DNA of 64,000 nt from Bugula neritina (GCA_964035545.1 OZ037772.1:10972818-11036817), one strand, 5' to 3'; positions 12,501-32,600 are shown, numbered from the stretch's first letter. Notes: generated by a model from the sequence alone, not told the origin. Numbers and translations: made by a program.

Positions 12501-13967
12501 TAAAATAAATAGAAAATCAGATACGACTTAATGGGTTATAGTAACATATCATAGTAGCATATATGCACCTATAATAGGTGCATGCCGTAGGTCAAAGCTA
12601 ATAAACCACATGTACCTTCAATAACCTAAATTTAATATCCTCACAATAAGTTGTATCATTATACTGCATACAGATCTGATTGTATGTTGACAGCATTAAA
12701 TATACAAAAACTATAATCAAGTTCTAAATACTGATAAAACTTAAACAAGTACTACCTATATAACTAGCAAATAAACTTTTGAATAGTGATTTCTCATACT
12801 ATATATAAGAAACTAAGTATAAATGTTGGCATTGAGATAACATATCATCATTACCTGTAAAGGTCAAGGTAAATCCCAGTGTTGAACCAGCAGGTAACTT
12901 GAGGTTAAATCCTGTCTGACTATATGTATGATGTCCAATAAGAACCGCATCATTATCATTATCTGGACTACAGTTTGTTATTCTAGGAATAAGGTTACCA
13001 CTAGAGTCTTTTATGAGGTAATCCATCTGACATTTAGATGACTCATCTCCAAGGTTTCTCTGAACAATTCTAAACCCAATTCTCTCAGTACTTCCTATAA
13101 TGTCTATATTTATCTCACAGTCATGTGATATACTGTAAGTAGAACTGGGGTAGTCTGGACTGGTTATGTTGATAGAACTTCCAACTCTGTAAGATATGTT
13201 CTGTACTGAGTTGGTGCGGAACTCAATTACACTCTGGCAATCTAAATAGATACAAATGTAACGTATTCACAAAGTTAACTAGTATTACATAGTGTTTTTA
13301 GAATATAATTATAAATATGCTAATCTACTACTCTATATAATTACTGCATTACATATTACAGTTCAAATATTGAAAATGTACACTCTCAATCCTAGCTATA
13401 AGTAATATTTTTGACTTGATAACTGGACACTAAACAAAGCTGTTCAGATTGTTAAACAAGTCACAATCTTTCTAAACTACATAATTGAATTTGCTGTTTG
13501 AATACAGAAGGCTTGATTGAATTTAACAACTACATACTGCTAACAATTTTGAACTTTATTTGTTAGGCTGGTGCTACTCTGTCTTCAGATGAAATAAATA
13601 CCATGAAAATACAAATATTTTCAGCTCAGCAGCGTTTCATAATTTCAAGACTCAAAAACCGGCAAATTGAAAGAAAAGATGACGATGCTAATATATAAAA
13701 TATTTTAAGGATTTTAAGTTAATTAATGCTATTTAAAGTAGAAAAAATTATGCTGCTCAACATTTAAATATATATATGATAGACAAGCTACATTTAATTA
13801 TGTCTATAACAATAAATAGAAACTATAAATTGGGTTAAAAAATTAATATTCTATAACATAGATTTACTTATAGGAAATGAATAAATCTAAATAAAGTTAC
13901 CATAGTGTTGGATGATCAGCAGAATAGTGAATAGCCAGAGTACCTTACTACATAGCTTAGGATCCAT
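9525..13967 (-). CDS. CUB-CUB-mucin-TM receptor with YxxM/YxN cytoplasmic motifs (paralog B)
   Basis: Exons: signal 13901-13967 (MDPKLCSKVLWLFTILLIIQHY); CUB1 12855-13241; CUB2 11752-12150; Ser/Thr stalk 11441-11662; TM 10608-10707 (VIVGINVAVICCIVIINIAVCLLWRR); cytoplasmic 10038-10135 (YEQM), 9810-9948 (HRYSVV, NYMN) and 9525-9633 (VYENM...QTQS-stop). All GT-AG and phase-compatible. Confidence 0.78.
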
Positions 13968-16070
13968 GGTACAAAGTCTACGTAAACTGAAATTAATACA
14001 CACTTTCTACCACACAGTGAGCTAGTAGCTAGTACAGTGCATGCAGTAGTTATACAATATATTCCTAATTTAGTGCAGTATGGTATTACACTTCCTTGTT
14101 AATGTTGACTTAGTACTAGTGTTATTGTTCAAGAAAAGTCACTGTAAGAAACAATTATTGACTCATGCATTTAAGATATTTTGATATCTAATTTGTGTCT
14201 TGGAAAAATCACTGCAAGAATCTCATTATCCATTGGCATTGGAATCCTTACTACTTAGTGTTTGAAGCCTTGGGGGAAAGCTAGCTAACTTTAACACAAA
14301 TTTATAACAAAGAATGTGATGCAAACTGCTATATCTTGAAAGCTACTAGCTGCTAGCATATTAGCTTTTGTTATAAAAAACCGTTGGTACTTGGCTTAGA
14401 AACCACGAACTGTGTAAAGCAAAAGTTAGTACCTGAAAAAAAAAACAAAATGATGATTTTTATTATTATAAGGGAAAATATTTGCTGAAAGTTCCAAGCC
14501 ACTTGCATGTATAACTGCCAAGAAACAAAATAGTTTTGAGCTTGGCAAATAAAACAGGTGTCTTATTTCAATCCTAGGTTACTCGTTCAATTAATATGTT
14601 TTATGAAACTGCATGAATAAAATCGCAATACTATTTTTTGTATAGCAAAACAATGTATTATGGTTTAAGCACAGCAACCACTATACTATATACCTCATTA
14701 ATTACCATTGGTTAAGGGAGGGGAGACAAGTCTGAAAATGAATTTTTAAACTATAATAATAAAGGCACACATTCAGAAAGCTTCATCATAGCATGTTACC
14801 ATACAAAAAGCATTATATTATAGCCGCAGTGCCAGCCTATTCTTTTATAGACAATATTTCTTCCAATCAACTAACACAGGCTAACTTCCTGGTATGTGAA
14901 AGAGAATTTTCATAGCCTTTGATCATATTACTTTCTATTATTTGCCACGAGGGTTATTATTATTATTATTCAATAGCACGTATTTTTCTGCTACGAAATT
15001 ACAAAAAACTTAAAGCACACTTGTTATTTACATGCTATGAATGATGTTTTATTTGCCTTAACCAAGAAATGTTATGAAGATTTGTGGTAAAGTCAATACA
15101 TTCAATATTAGTACCATATAATTATACTTGTAATTCTCTACCAAGTTCTAATTGTTTATGTACCACAAAAGTCTACTCATATTGAAAAACTTTGATAAAA
15201 AACATAACCATAACAGAAGTAAAATCATAATGATAGGCGATGTTTTTAATCTAAATGTTTTCTTGCAGGCAAAATCTGAGTTCTCAATAGAAACAGGAAA
15301 ACATGCTTGGACTGCAATTGTTAACTTATGCTTAACTTATCTTGAACCTTTTTTTATTATGTTGCAAATAAGTTGGGGTAACATATTTTTTATTTCAAGT
15401 ATATCATAAAGTGCATAAGAATTGAGAAAGGAATTCAAAATTTCAACTTTTTCCATAAGTTGCAATTGCATATGTTAATTGACAAAGAAATTGTAAAATA
15501 AATGTGCATTAAACAAATTGGTATAAAAGGTTTAAAGTTTTAGGCATAAAATCTGAATAGAAATAATTAAAATTTTAATTAATAAAGTCTAATTGTAGAA
15601 TGTGCACCAAGATACCAACTATAATTAGTGTACAATGCTATTGTTAGTAGCAAACAGTGCTATTATTAGCTTATACTGTTATTATTATTGCCATGGGTCA
15701 TAAAGAATTTTGCACGTGGGTTTTGATATGGGTGAAAACATGATCAAAAACAATTGCTATACATATTTGATTTTCATATTGCAGCATATCTTACACTTTG
15801 AGCCATCAATCATATTTTTCTTTGTGGTTTCAAAACCCACTTTTGCGAAATTTTCTTCAACAAATATGAATATTGATAATTAGTCACATGCACATATAAA
15901 TATGACAATACTTGCTAAATGTTATAAATGTAAAAAAGAGTGTAAAATGTAGCTTGTTGAGTATAAACTTGAAAATAAAAATCAAATAATAAAATAATTT
16001 ATCTGAAACTATACGTGACACTACATACAAGTTGCTTGTATAGTCTGAGTGCAGCAGCTAAAGAACAGTT

Positions 16071-21495
<5,425 letters not shown>

Positions 21496-21574
21496 GTTGG
21501 TGTCTAGGAGCTAAGACTATGTCTACCTCAATGCTTTCTATAGAGTGGTGAGTAATGCTATGCAAACACTTTTT

Positions 21575-21770
21575 GACGAGTATAGAGTATAGAGTATAAA
21601 GTTTAGATTATAGAGCATAAAGTGTAGAGTATAGAGTGTAGAGTGTAGAGTGTAAAGTGTAGAGTGTAGAGTGTAGAGTGTAGAGTGTAGAGTATTGAAT
21701 ATAGAGCCTAGAGTATAGAATATAGAGCCTAGAGTATAGAATATAGAGCCCAAAGAGCACAGAGTATGCT
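21575..21770. repeat. Degenerate (TAGAGTG)n heptamer / 21-bp repeat
   Basis: Directly visible, upstream of the receptor C signal exon. Confidence 0.8.
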
Positions 21771-22949
21771 ATAAGCAGCAGGTACAACTACTTCCATATA
21801 ACTATACTTTATGTTGAACTTCCTAGTTCATGTTTACTGAATGTAAGAAGCTTTAATAGCTCTCAGTAATAAAGCTCTTTGACTATTCTATTGTGTATAC
21901 TCATTGGTATATAATATTATGTATGTTAGTCCATGTGCTATACAAACTTTCTTTTCTATGCCACATTCCTACGTATGTTACTCAAGTGGGTAGTTTTACA
22001 CTAAACACAATGCACAGCAATGTAGTGGCATTGTATGCATGACTTGGAGTTTACTTTTTCTTTAGAAAAACTACGGACAAATCTTGATATATGCAATATT
22101 AATTTAAATGATATAAAAATGTTTTAGTAAAGCAAATTCATAATATGCAGTATTTATATTGAATGCATAATGTTGAAGAGAAGATTTAAATTTTTAATGT
22201 TATAAGATTTGTAAATGATTTGTACTCATGTGGTATTAATATAAACAATAGAAATTTAACATTGTTGCTAATTTCTCTTTAGTAATAGATTTAAAGGGAA
22301 CTAGATTTTTAGTTTTATGTAATTAATGGATAATACAATTTAATATAATATAATATAACATAATATTATATAATATAATATAATTACAATATTTGTAATA
22401 TAACATAAATGCATTAAACTGAAAACTTGCCCCCCTTTTAAGTATATTGCTAAAATATGCACTTTTGAGACCAATCTGAATCAAATATCAGTTGATTTCA
22501 TTACTGAAAGACATTGGACTGAATCTTAACACACAGCTTATTATATTTATTTAATTAATTCCAACCACACAAATTGTAACAATCGTTATACCATATTAAT
22601 AATAAATGGCCATTTATCAATAGCTAATAAAACTGTGTACCAACCATAATATAATTATATTATATGCATTCTTATTTATACCACCTAATATTAATATGCT
22701 TTGTTCAACACAATAAACAGTGGTTATAAATATTTTGTACTCCATTTATTTACCAGTATTTCATAATTATATTATTATATAAACCATGGTAAATGTACAA
22801 CATTAAAGCATTACATAGCACATGCAAGTTCATTACTCAATGCAAAAATACATTACAGCTATGCAGCACTGAACAAAATATTGAGAATTTAAGGAAGGAT
22901 AAATTCTATTGTACGTTGTTCAGTGTTTTAGGTGACTTCACATAGAGTT

Positions 22950-25900
22950 TTACACTATCATGATGGTAATTGCTGTAAACATTATTAGAGCTCTTTGTAA
23001 GCTGGAAGATTGAGTGAAATCACAACCTAAAAGACAAGTAAAGAGTACTTAACATAGTATATACTAATGATTTATCTGCTAATATTTCTATACAATGAAT
23101 TTGAGTCCCTTTTCTTAGTAGTTGGTTTTAACTTCTTTTATAACTAATATAGTCGTGGAGTAAAAACTGACACTATTTAGAAGATTACAAAAAGTGAGAA
23201 ATTATGAGTTTTTACCGTCAAAAAAGAAGTTGCATCAAAACAAAAGGATAATTTAAACGTTTGCAGGTTAAAGAAAGAGTTGTAATTTTAACAAGGTTTA
23301 TGAATTTTTTATGAACAAAATATTTACACAAATTATTGATGATATGTTTTTTGTAACATAAATGTATTAAGCTTCGGATTATAAAGAAAAAAGCTAATAA
23401 GAACACATCTGAAGTAGTACAACCTTTAGCTAACACTGATGAAAATAGATTGGAATTTCTTACCTGCCTTTCCAACAGTGTCTATGTGTATTTTTGTAAA
23501 AGAAACTTCTTCTTCTACAATAACAGGTTGGTAGGTAGAGGTAACCTTGCAGGATATCCATATCGTGTCATTCTCAGATACTAAAGCTGTAACATAAATA
23601 CTACATTATAGCTTTAAACAGCCTAGCATTCAACTTTAGTACTTTACTAAAAGTTATTGCATTGAATCCGATTTTGTCATATTTAAAAAATATTTATGGC
23701 TAGAATATTTCAAGTTATCAAAAGATTTAATAAATTACTATTGTAAACATTTAAAATATATTTATTAAGATCATGTTGTTTTGCTTTTATTCTAAATAAA
23801 AGTAAAGTAACCTGTAGCCATTATTTCCTATACAAGAAGTTTGTTGTAGTAAAAACCAGTAGGGCTACTGTAAAATGCTGCTAAAAATACTGAATAATAT
23901 TATATAGATCTGCAATTCAATATAAATCAATATGATGACACTTCAAAAGAACATTTCGATGAGTACACATAGCTATGCATACAGTAAGTTAGTTATTACA
24001 CCAGAGAGAAGACAACCACTTACCCTGTAAGTCAGTTATCTCTACTGTTTGATAGTGATAATCAACATCATTTCTAGTAAGTTCCGTCTCCACAACCCAG
24101 TCACTGTCGAAGGGGATAGGAACCCCCTCCACAGACTCACTTTTATTCAGGAGAGAAATGGCTATGCTAGTGGGATAAGGGTAGCTCTGACATAAGCATT
24201 TCACTACCACCTTCTCACCATCAAAGAATGTAAAGTCACCGTTCTTGTTGTTGGTTAGTTCAACCCGAGGTTTGCCTGTTTAATTAGGTACATTAAGTAC
24301 ACTACACTGCTGTACATACATTGTAAGTCACATTGTGTCATTAGTGTACTGTTATCTACACTGCTGTACATACATTGTAAGTCAAATTATGTCATTAGTG
24401 TACTGTTATCTACACTGCTGTACATACACTGTACGTTAAATTATGTCACTAGTGTACTATTATCTACACTCCCATATATACACTGTAAATCAAATCTATT
24501 TTGAGCTACTCAACTAAAGATACGAGAGGAAAAAACTACTCAAAAAAATGCAGGCTTCAATAGTAAAGTAAATCTTCACATTTGAAGAGCTGATAAGCAA
24601 TATTATCTGCTGCTACTTTTAGAGGGTGGGTTACTCCGTCTTACTAGAAATGCATGCTACCAGGTAATCACAAACTTTACAAAGCTTCTTACTGCCTAAT
24701 AACATAGTTCCGCTGTTGTAGGGGTCCGCGTAATCTTTGAAGGTAACTTTACACTCATAATTGCCTCCGTGTTTGATTGGATCAAAATCGGTGAACTTTA
24801 GGATTGACCTCCGTCCATTGTTGGTCCTTTCTACTATGACCGAGCTGTCCGTTGTCAAATTTGTTCGTTCTGTGCCATTCTGTTTATACCTTCAAATGTA
24901 ATCATGCCTACCTATAGCATAGATCGTTTTATGGAGATATACTATTATTGCTATAGCATGTTTTGTTGTATTACATATATATATATATTACATCATATTC
25001 GTAGAATTGTGGTTTTGCATTTACCCGGTCGTCCTAGAAGTGTAGTGGTTAGCATGCCTGCTTACAAGCCGAAGGTCTCGGGTTCGAATCCCATGAGTGG
25101 GTGCAAAGGTTTTATAAACATCAACTCTTATAGCATTTTATATAATCATTAAATTACCTGTTATATGTTCTAATGTATTCCTAAATATAATGTGTAATGT
25201 ATTGTGGATGATCTGTAATATAGTGTTTATAGTGTAAATATAGTGTGTTTGTGTATTAGTGTATTGCGAATAATGTATTGCGTATAGTGTATAATATATT
25301 GTGTATACACATTGTAATATATAAATTATGCACCATGTGTAAATATGCTGAAAATTATATATCCGTTTTCAGAGCAATAGAGTCATATATTGCATATATG
25401 ACTCTATCTCCATGAACAAGTTTACAATACCTTAACTGTGTTTTAGTTTAAATTGCTAAAAGTATAGCATTGGTGACATTTCACATGCTTGAAGTACTAA
25501 AAATAAGTGTTATATTATATTATTATGTCACAATATTTATACTAATTATCTTATACAAATAACAACCATTATTATTATATCATATACATATAATGATAAT
25601 GAAATACACATAAATAATTTTATTGTTGCATAATTTGTATATAATATAATATATATTATATTATTTGCATTAAACAAATATAAACATTACTTATAATTTT
25701 GATATTTGCAATATATTATTTGTATTAAATACATATAAATATTATTAATTAGATTGTTTGTATTTATTGTGAATATATTGCACTAGTTGTATTAGGTTCA
25801 TAAGTATTATTTATCAATATAATATACGTATATAATTATAAGAATAATGCAGCCGTGGTCTAGGGGTTAGAGCGTTTGCCTAGTAAACACGAGATCATGG

Positions 25901-28596
25901 GTTCAAACCCCGACAAAACCCATTGGTGATGTTAGGAAGAGCATTCAGTCATAATTACTTCTGTGCCAAATCTGAATAAGTTCTTGGCCCACTTTAAAAA
26001 ACTTTTTTTATCAGGAGTTCTCAGAGGAATGGCGACTATAAAGTTTTTTTTATATAAGAACAATGCAATATAGTGACTATTAAAGGTTTACCAAATAAAA
26101 CTCAAAAGAGAGTTGTAGTCGACGTCTACTGGCGCCACATCTAGCTCAGCAAAGAGCTCTCCAGCCAAAGTGGATCCATTGTTCTCTATCAACACCTGAC
26201 TGGAGATGACCACGGCTATAACAACCGTATAACACTCTTTAACATTTGACATCAGTTGCAAAAACAACTATTAAAATTTGATGCAACATTTGGAAGTTTT
26301 TAGCCACTATTATGAAGAAGCTGTGATCATAGTTTTGTGATTAGAACGGTGGCTTAGCAAACAAAAAGTTAACAATTTGATTCATCCAAAATATGATTCA
26401 TATGAGCCACAACCGAGCTAATATGTGATTTCAGAAAGGGCATAGACTTATTTCCTTTTATACAAGAAAAAACCTTCAAAACATGTTGTCATAACAACTG
26501 CATACATAGCGATCTATTGCTATTGGGGTTTTTGCATGTAAAGACAATTTAGAAAAAACTTGATTTTATTTACTAAATCCAACATTTCCCACTTTAATCA
26601 AAAATAAAACAAAAACTTCCTATTTACTGAGCACTTACCTTTGTTTACCCAATAGATATACAAAGATTGGTCCCGGGTGTGCAGGCACGCATATATCCCA
26701 GCTTTACTCTTTGACCAATTCTCTATTCTGTCTATCAACTTCTCACACTTATAGATTCCGGAAAATGCATCACAGCTAGACGTTTGTGCAGCCACACTGC
26801 TGATTTTACCTTTAGAACACAGTCTACAGTCTTAGCAACTTGTATAAACTTCTCTATAGCTTAGTTTATAGTCACCATCTCTGTGAGAAACCTCTGATGG
26901 AAAAGGTTTTTGTTAAAGCAGGCTAAGGACTTATGTTTAAATGCGGCACAGGAGCAATTATAACTGGATGCTCTTCCTAACATCACCAATGGCCTTTGTC
27001 AGGGTTCGAACCCATGACTTCGTGTTCACGAAGCAAATGCTTTAACCCCTAGACCACGGCTTCTCCTTAACCCACTCTATAACACTCTACTAGATATTAT
27101 TGTTGTAATTATCAGCCATATTGCGTATTGTAACTCATGGCTACTCATTTATTTAATTTAAGTTCCAAATCACAAAAATCAGCTTCAAAGCTGCCTTGCA
27201 TCTGAGTTTTACGCGGTTTAAAATATATTTTAAAATAGGCAAATATCAAAATATTCCGGAAAAATTATTTCAGCTAAAATTGTAGCAACTTGCAAATCCG
27301 TCTACTAAACATACTTTCTAGCTTAAACTCAAGCCTAGGAAAATTATATACACATAATATTATGTTTCTCCCAAAATGATTATACATTAATTATAATATT
27401 ATAGTTAATGTATAATCATCTTGGAAGAAATAGTCATCATACAAATTGCTTAAACAAGTTGTTATTATGGTGATAGTAAAATGCTTGAACACACAGTTGT
27501 GATGTTAAAATTCTCCAGTAGTCCCTGTAGCATCACAAGTCGAAGATTGGCGGTTCGATTCTAGTTGAGGGGAACATATTCTACAAAAGTGTTTGTCTCT
27601 AACTTATAATATTCAATATTATATTCTAAATTATTCAATAACTCACTGTACGAGGTGCTCAACAGACTGTTCAATTTGACTAAACTATTTCTGGTATTGT
27701 CTGTGTTTTCTATGCAAGTGTACCTCAGCGTCTGTCCGTTTGTCAGCACGTTGTTAGAGACGCTGAACGCTGCGCCAATTAGTTGCCTGTCTGTAAAACA
27801 AAGTAGTTTCTCTTAAATAACTATACTGTACTGTACTACACTGCACTGCACTGCACTGCACTGCACTGCACTGCACTGCACTGCACTGCACTGCACTGCA
27901 CTGCACTGCACTGCACTGCACTGCACTGCACTGCACTGCACTGCACTGCACTGCACTGCACTGCACTGCACTGCACTGCACTGCACTGCACTGCACTGCA
28001 CTGCACTGCACTGCACTGCACTGCACTGCACCGCACTGTACTGCACTATACCATAATATCCTATAATGTATTCTACTATACTACACTATACTGCACTGCA
28101 CCGCACTGTACTGCACTATACCATAATATCCTATAATGTATTCTACTATACTACACTATACTGCACTGCACCGCACTGTACTGCACTATACCATAATATC
28201 CTATAATGTATTCTACTATACTACACTATACTGTACTGCACTGCACTGCATTGCACTATTCTACACTACATTGTGCTATACTACACTATGCTGTACTATA
28301 CTACATTATACTATACTACACTATACTCCACTATACTCCACTATACTACACTACATTATACTACACTACACTACACTGTTACCTGTACTGTACTATAAAA
28401 TTTTACCATACTATACTATACTATAATATAGTATTTACTGTACTACACTATATTACCCTAGTATAATATGTATTTTAGTGAAAGTATACTTACCGTCATT
28501 AAACACTAAACCTGGTGAAGCCATAGGCTTTGATAGGCTGAGCTTTAGTATCACACTGCAAGCTACAATAACCAAGTACAGTATCCGTGTCATCAT
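22950..28596 (-). CDS. Divergent three-Ig-domain cell-surface protein, probably GPI-anchored
   Basis: Exons: 28494-28596 (signal MMTRILYLVIVACSVILKLSLS), 27647-27790 (GQTLRYTC), 26639-26809 (KAGIYAC), 26092-26215 (..SFIW), 24693-24889 (WYKQ..SILKF..HGGNYECKV), 24024-24275 (KPRV..GEKVVVKCLCQSYPYP), 23464-23586 (IWISCKV) and 22950-23026 (GCDFTQSSSLQRALIMFTAITIMIV-stop, a hydrophobic C-terminus with no cytoplasmic tail). Phases compatible. Confidence 0.78.
25027..25105 (+). other. Degenerate tRNA-like element (pseudo-tRNA or head of a second SINE family)
   Basis: GTGTAGTGGTTAGCA (A box/D-arm) and GGGTTCGAATCCC (T-arm) are present, but the acceptor and anticodon stems do not pair properly. Confidence 0.5.
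25848..26043 (+). mobile_element. tRNA-derived SINE copy
   Basis: GCAGCCGTGGTCTAGGGGTTAGAGCG (A box)..GGGTTCAAACCC (B box)..shared ~200-bp body. Confidence 0.8.
26863..27061 (-). mobile_element. tRNA-derived SINE copy
   Basis: Same family on the minus strand; B box GGTTCGAACCC. Confidence 0.8.
27822..28440. repeat. (CTGCA)n pentamer microsatellite grading into (CTATA/CTACA)n
   Basis: Directly visible; first intron of the Ig gene. Confidence 0.95.
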
Positions 28597-29669
28597 TATG
28601 TAAACTTGCTTATGTCAGCTACACTTTTTCAGTTACACTCAAAACTGTTAAAAAATGCAACAATAATAGCGTGTTATTTCCATCCAACAATCGTATACCA
28701 TCTATTGTTGAATTACTTTTGAATTTGAATTGAATTGTTTTATTTTATTTCTCTTCCTATTTGCATAGCCTAAATCAAATTATTATATTATTATAAAAAT
28801 AAAAAGGCTTCCAGTCATTTTAAAATACAACGTGCAGATAATTTCAACTAACCATTGCATATGTTTCAACAATTAAGACAACAAAAGATGTAGCTTGCAT
28901 TGCCATATTAGCGCTTTTATTTTATTGATAACTCCATATATCTTTTACCAATAAATCTTTTAGTACTCTGATCAATTACTATAAAAGGATAAGCTAGTTA
29001 TTTAAAAGTAATTTAAATTTCACCTAGAAGAGCTGAAGTAAATGCACCCACCTATGACCATCAATTACTACTGTGTATTAACAGTATACTTTTACCAAAT
29101 TTAGCTATAACCAAAAAGTACTTAAAGCTATCTGTACAAAAGCTGTTTTTTGAAACTGTGGTTTTCAACACTTAATAAAAGAAATTATTATTTTTCTAAA
29201 AGCTCTGTTTATTTGCAATAAAGTGCTGAAAATGTGAATTTATGAAATGCATGGCTATATTTCATACAATAAAACCAGTTTTGTGATCATCATTTCCCTT
29301 CTGTTAGAGTAAAAGGAATATCAAATAGACAAAAAAAGGTTTTAAAGCATTAGTGAAAAGTAGTAGAGTGCTGAAAAAAGAATAAAATATATAATTATTA
29401 TGCAAAAATAATAATAATCATATAACTAAAAATGAATTCTAAAATAGAATTACTAAAAAGAAATATTAAGAGATCATGGCTTTTGCTTCAAAATAATGTA
29501 ATTTTTTTTTGAATTTAGAATAAAAGAGAATAAAGTTGCAATCAGAGTTTTATGAGCTTTTAAATCAAAACTAGACCAAAACTTTTTAAAATGACTAACA
29601 CACTTCTTCTGATCAATTTATCAACTATGAGTCATAGTGTGGATTAGTTACTAGGAAAAAAGAAAACAT

Positions 29670-32600
29670 CTATGAGTATGTCTCGCAGCATTGTATTGGC
29701 CCAATCGATGCAGACATTTGATTGGCTGCCGCTGGAGTAGCACCATTGTCAGCAATAGTGTGTCGGGTAATTTGGTAGCTGGTAACAAACTGAGGTTTCT
29801 CTGCCGTCAAGTACTTGGTAATAGTGTCACTGGTAGCGGCTGATGTCGCCACGTTTCTTGTACATTGACATCTAAAGACACAGAACTGTTAATTCAGAAA
29901 ATGTTTAGTCAATTAAACTTTAAATAAGTAGCAATATAATAGTAATATTATATTGAATAATAATTTGGTAGCATGTATTGGATAGTGGGAGAAGTTGTAG
30001 TCAAAGGATTAGAGCGCTGGCCTAGTAAACACTTTTTAACAACCCCAGTAAAAGCCATTGGGGATGTTAAAAATGCATTCATTCATAATTGCTCCTGTGC
30101 CACATCTGAATAAGTCCTTAGCTCAATTTTAAAAGAAGCTCTTTCCATCAGGGAGTTTCACAGAGATAGTGACAATAATCTTCCGTGAGTTTTTTTGCTG
30201 GCAAATACTCAACAAGATAGTTGACTCCTCATTTATTATGTGTTATATTAGGGGCTTTATAATGTATGTTACCGCTGTTTAAATCCTAAAATCAATTGCT
30301 CAAAGCCAGGTGATACACATAAAGTAAAACAGGCATTTCATAAGTCATTTATTTCCACATTAAGCAACAGCTCACCCGTCTTCACAAGAGGCAGCAGCAG
30401 CTACTGCAGATCCTGTGACAGCGCAGTCACACGCTGCCCCAGTGTAGGCGTAAGGATTCACTGAAATCTGCGTACCGGCCGCAGTTCCTCGGCCGTCAAA
30501 AGCATTTGTTCCGTACAGGAAACCACTTGGCTCTCCATTAACTCTCAGAGCCAGGGATTGAAGATGCGAACCGGCTAAGCAACTGATGCTTGTCTGTAAA
30601 ATCAATATATATTTTGTTTTAGTCTTTACTTACCTTGTCATAAGGCAGCGCTGCTTTAGTTTTACAATCACTGTATTCTAAATTATGATATATTGCAGCT
30701 ATCGCAAATTCTAGTCAAGTGTGTTTGGTTAAAAATGTTGGACAGCACAGCAGTTAGCATTGGGTTAAAAAAGGTCACGAACTTTTAAATCGTGCTGCTA
30801 CTCACCACTTGACTGCAAGTCCCGGTAGTGCTTTGAATCATGGAAGTTATTTGTGCGCTGTCGATAGGATAGCTCACAGTGACAGCGCTGTCACAGGCTG
30901 CCGACTGGGCAATTGCAAATGTGGTAGATGGCAGAACAGCAGAGCTGACGCCGGTACAAGCAGAAGCAGAGACACTAGTAGATGTACCAGCAGTAGGGGT
31001 CACCTACAATACATACGTTGTATATGATGTCATATCCTAAGCCAGGATGCTCAGAGTAAACTGTATGCACTGAAGAAGTATGGTCAATTCATTCAGATAG
31101 GAAAAATACAGATGAAGACTATTTCCACCATTTACAGGTAAACTTAGAGAAACAGAAATTAAAAACCAGTTTTTGAAAAATGTTTTATTTTCCAGCAGCA
31201 AAAATGTTAATACAAAAGGTTTGTTCACAACTTCTGGTGTACCCAGTAACGAATATTGATATTTAGCATGTAAAATTATTATTATTATTCAACATATGTG
31301 ATGAACCAATTTACAAATTTATAATCAATTTGCATGAAGTAACAATTCACGAATTGGAATGCAGGTGACATACCTGGGTGCAGAAAGTAGTGGCAGATGT
31401 CTTACAGCACTGAATGGTTGCTGCAGGAGGATTGGTTGCGTCAGCAGGGTTCGGGCCCTTGGGATCAATGGTGACTGAAACACAGCTGGTGGCAGCAGTC
31501 GCAAACAAGTTATCTCTTGAGAAGTAGTCCTTACAGCTCTCAGGGTGTGTGTCTGCAGATAATTGTGGAAACATAGCAGGTAGTTTTATTATTCTAGTGA
31601 ACAGCTATTAGTCATAGCAAGACTTCTGGCTAAATTTTATACATATATGAGCTTTATTATTAGGCAAACAGACAGCGTGATCTGTAGGAGCTATTTTTGA
31701 AGGAAGTCGTAACGTGCCAGTTTTTTAGAAAGCACAGTTTTTAAAGCTCTTATTCAGGCAGAAGCATTTAAGGTATTAATCTGTAAAAGACAGATCAGTA
31801 AAATTTTTCTTTGTCAGATTTATAATTTCTTGATATACTGCACACTACAGACTACATAGCATACACACTGTATGCACTATGCACCACACACCACACAGTA
31901 TAACTTACAAACACAGGTAAATGCCAGATCAGTGAAGGTTCCATCAGCCTGACATGTGACAGTCTGGTCTCTGGTGGTGGTGGTTGGAGTCGCAGGAGCT
32001 ATTCTGTAACCAATCCTACACTTGTAAGCTATGGTCGCTCCCACAGCCACGTCTTGCGCCAAGTAATCGGCATTTGCTAGAGCTTTCAGCGATGATCCTT
32101 TACACATCTTCTCTGAAAGTGAAAGTGGTATGAGACTTGCCATTTTAAATGTTTCAGTGTTTTTAATTATTATTGAAAATAATTATATATGAATGCAGTA
32201 GATAGGAAAATCTCTCTTGCAATATAAATGTTTCATTATTTTCAAAATAATTCAAAGTATTAAAACTACACCTGTAAGATAAACAGTTTAAGAATTTTGA
32301 AAATAAATTAATCTCTGCAGTTTAGATGTTTCAGTAATTTTAAAAAAAGTCTGAAATTTGCAATACCAATGTTTCAGCAATTTGAATATTTGTTAAAGAT
32401 ATATTATACAAATGTAATAAAACACAGCTATATTGTTGAGACTCACGGGTGCAGGTGGGTGCAGGTGTGAGAGACCACTTCCCATCGGCCAGACATTTAC
32501 TCTCCAAAGAAGAGGAAGTTTCGTAGTTGTCCTGACAGACGTACGTGTAGGAGCCGGGGTAGCTGATGGTGGCTGCCATCACTGGCTTGGTGTTTGTTCC

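Noticed and set aside
25027-25105. Functional tRNA gene
   Set aside because: The acceptor and anticodon stems do not form; kept only as a tRNA-like relic.
27754-28466. (QCSAV)n Cys-rich ORFs
   Set aside because: Pentanucleotide microsatellite, not a metallothionein-like protein.
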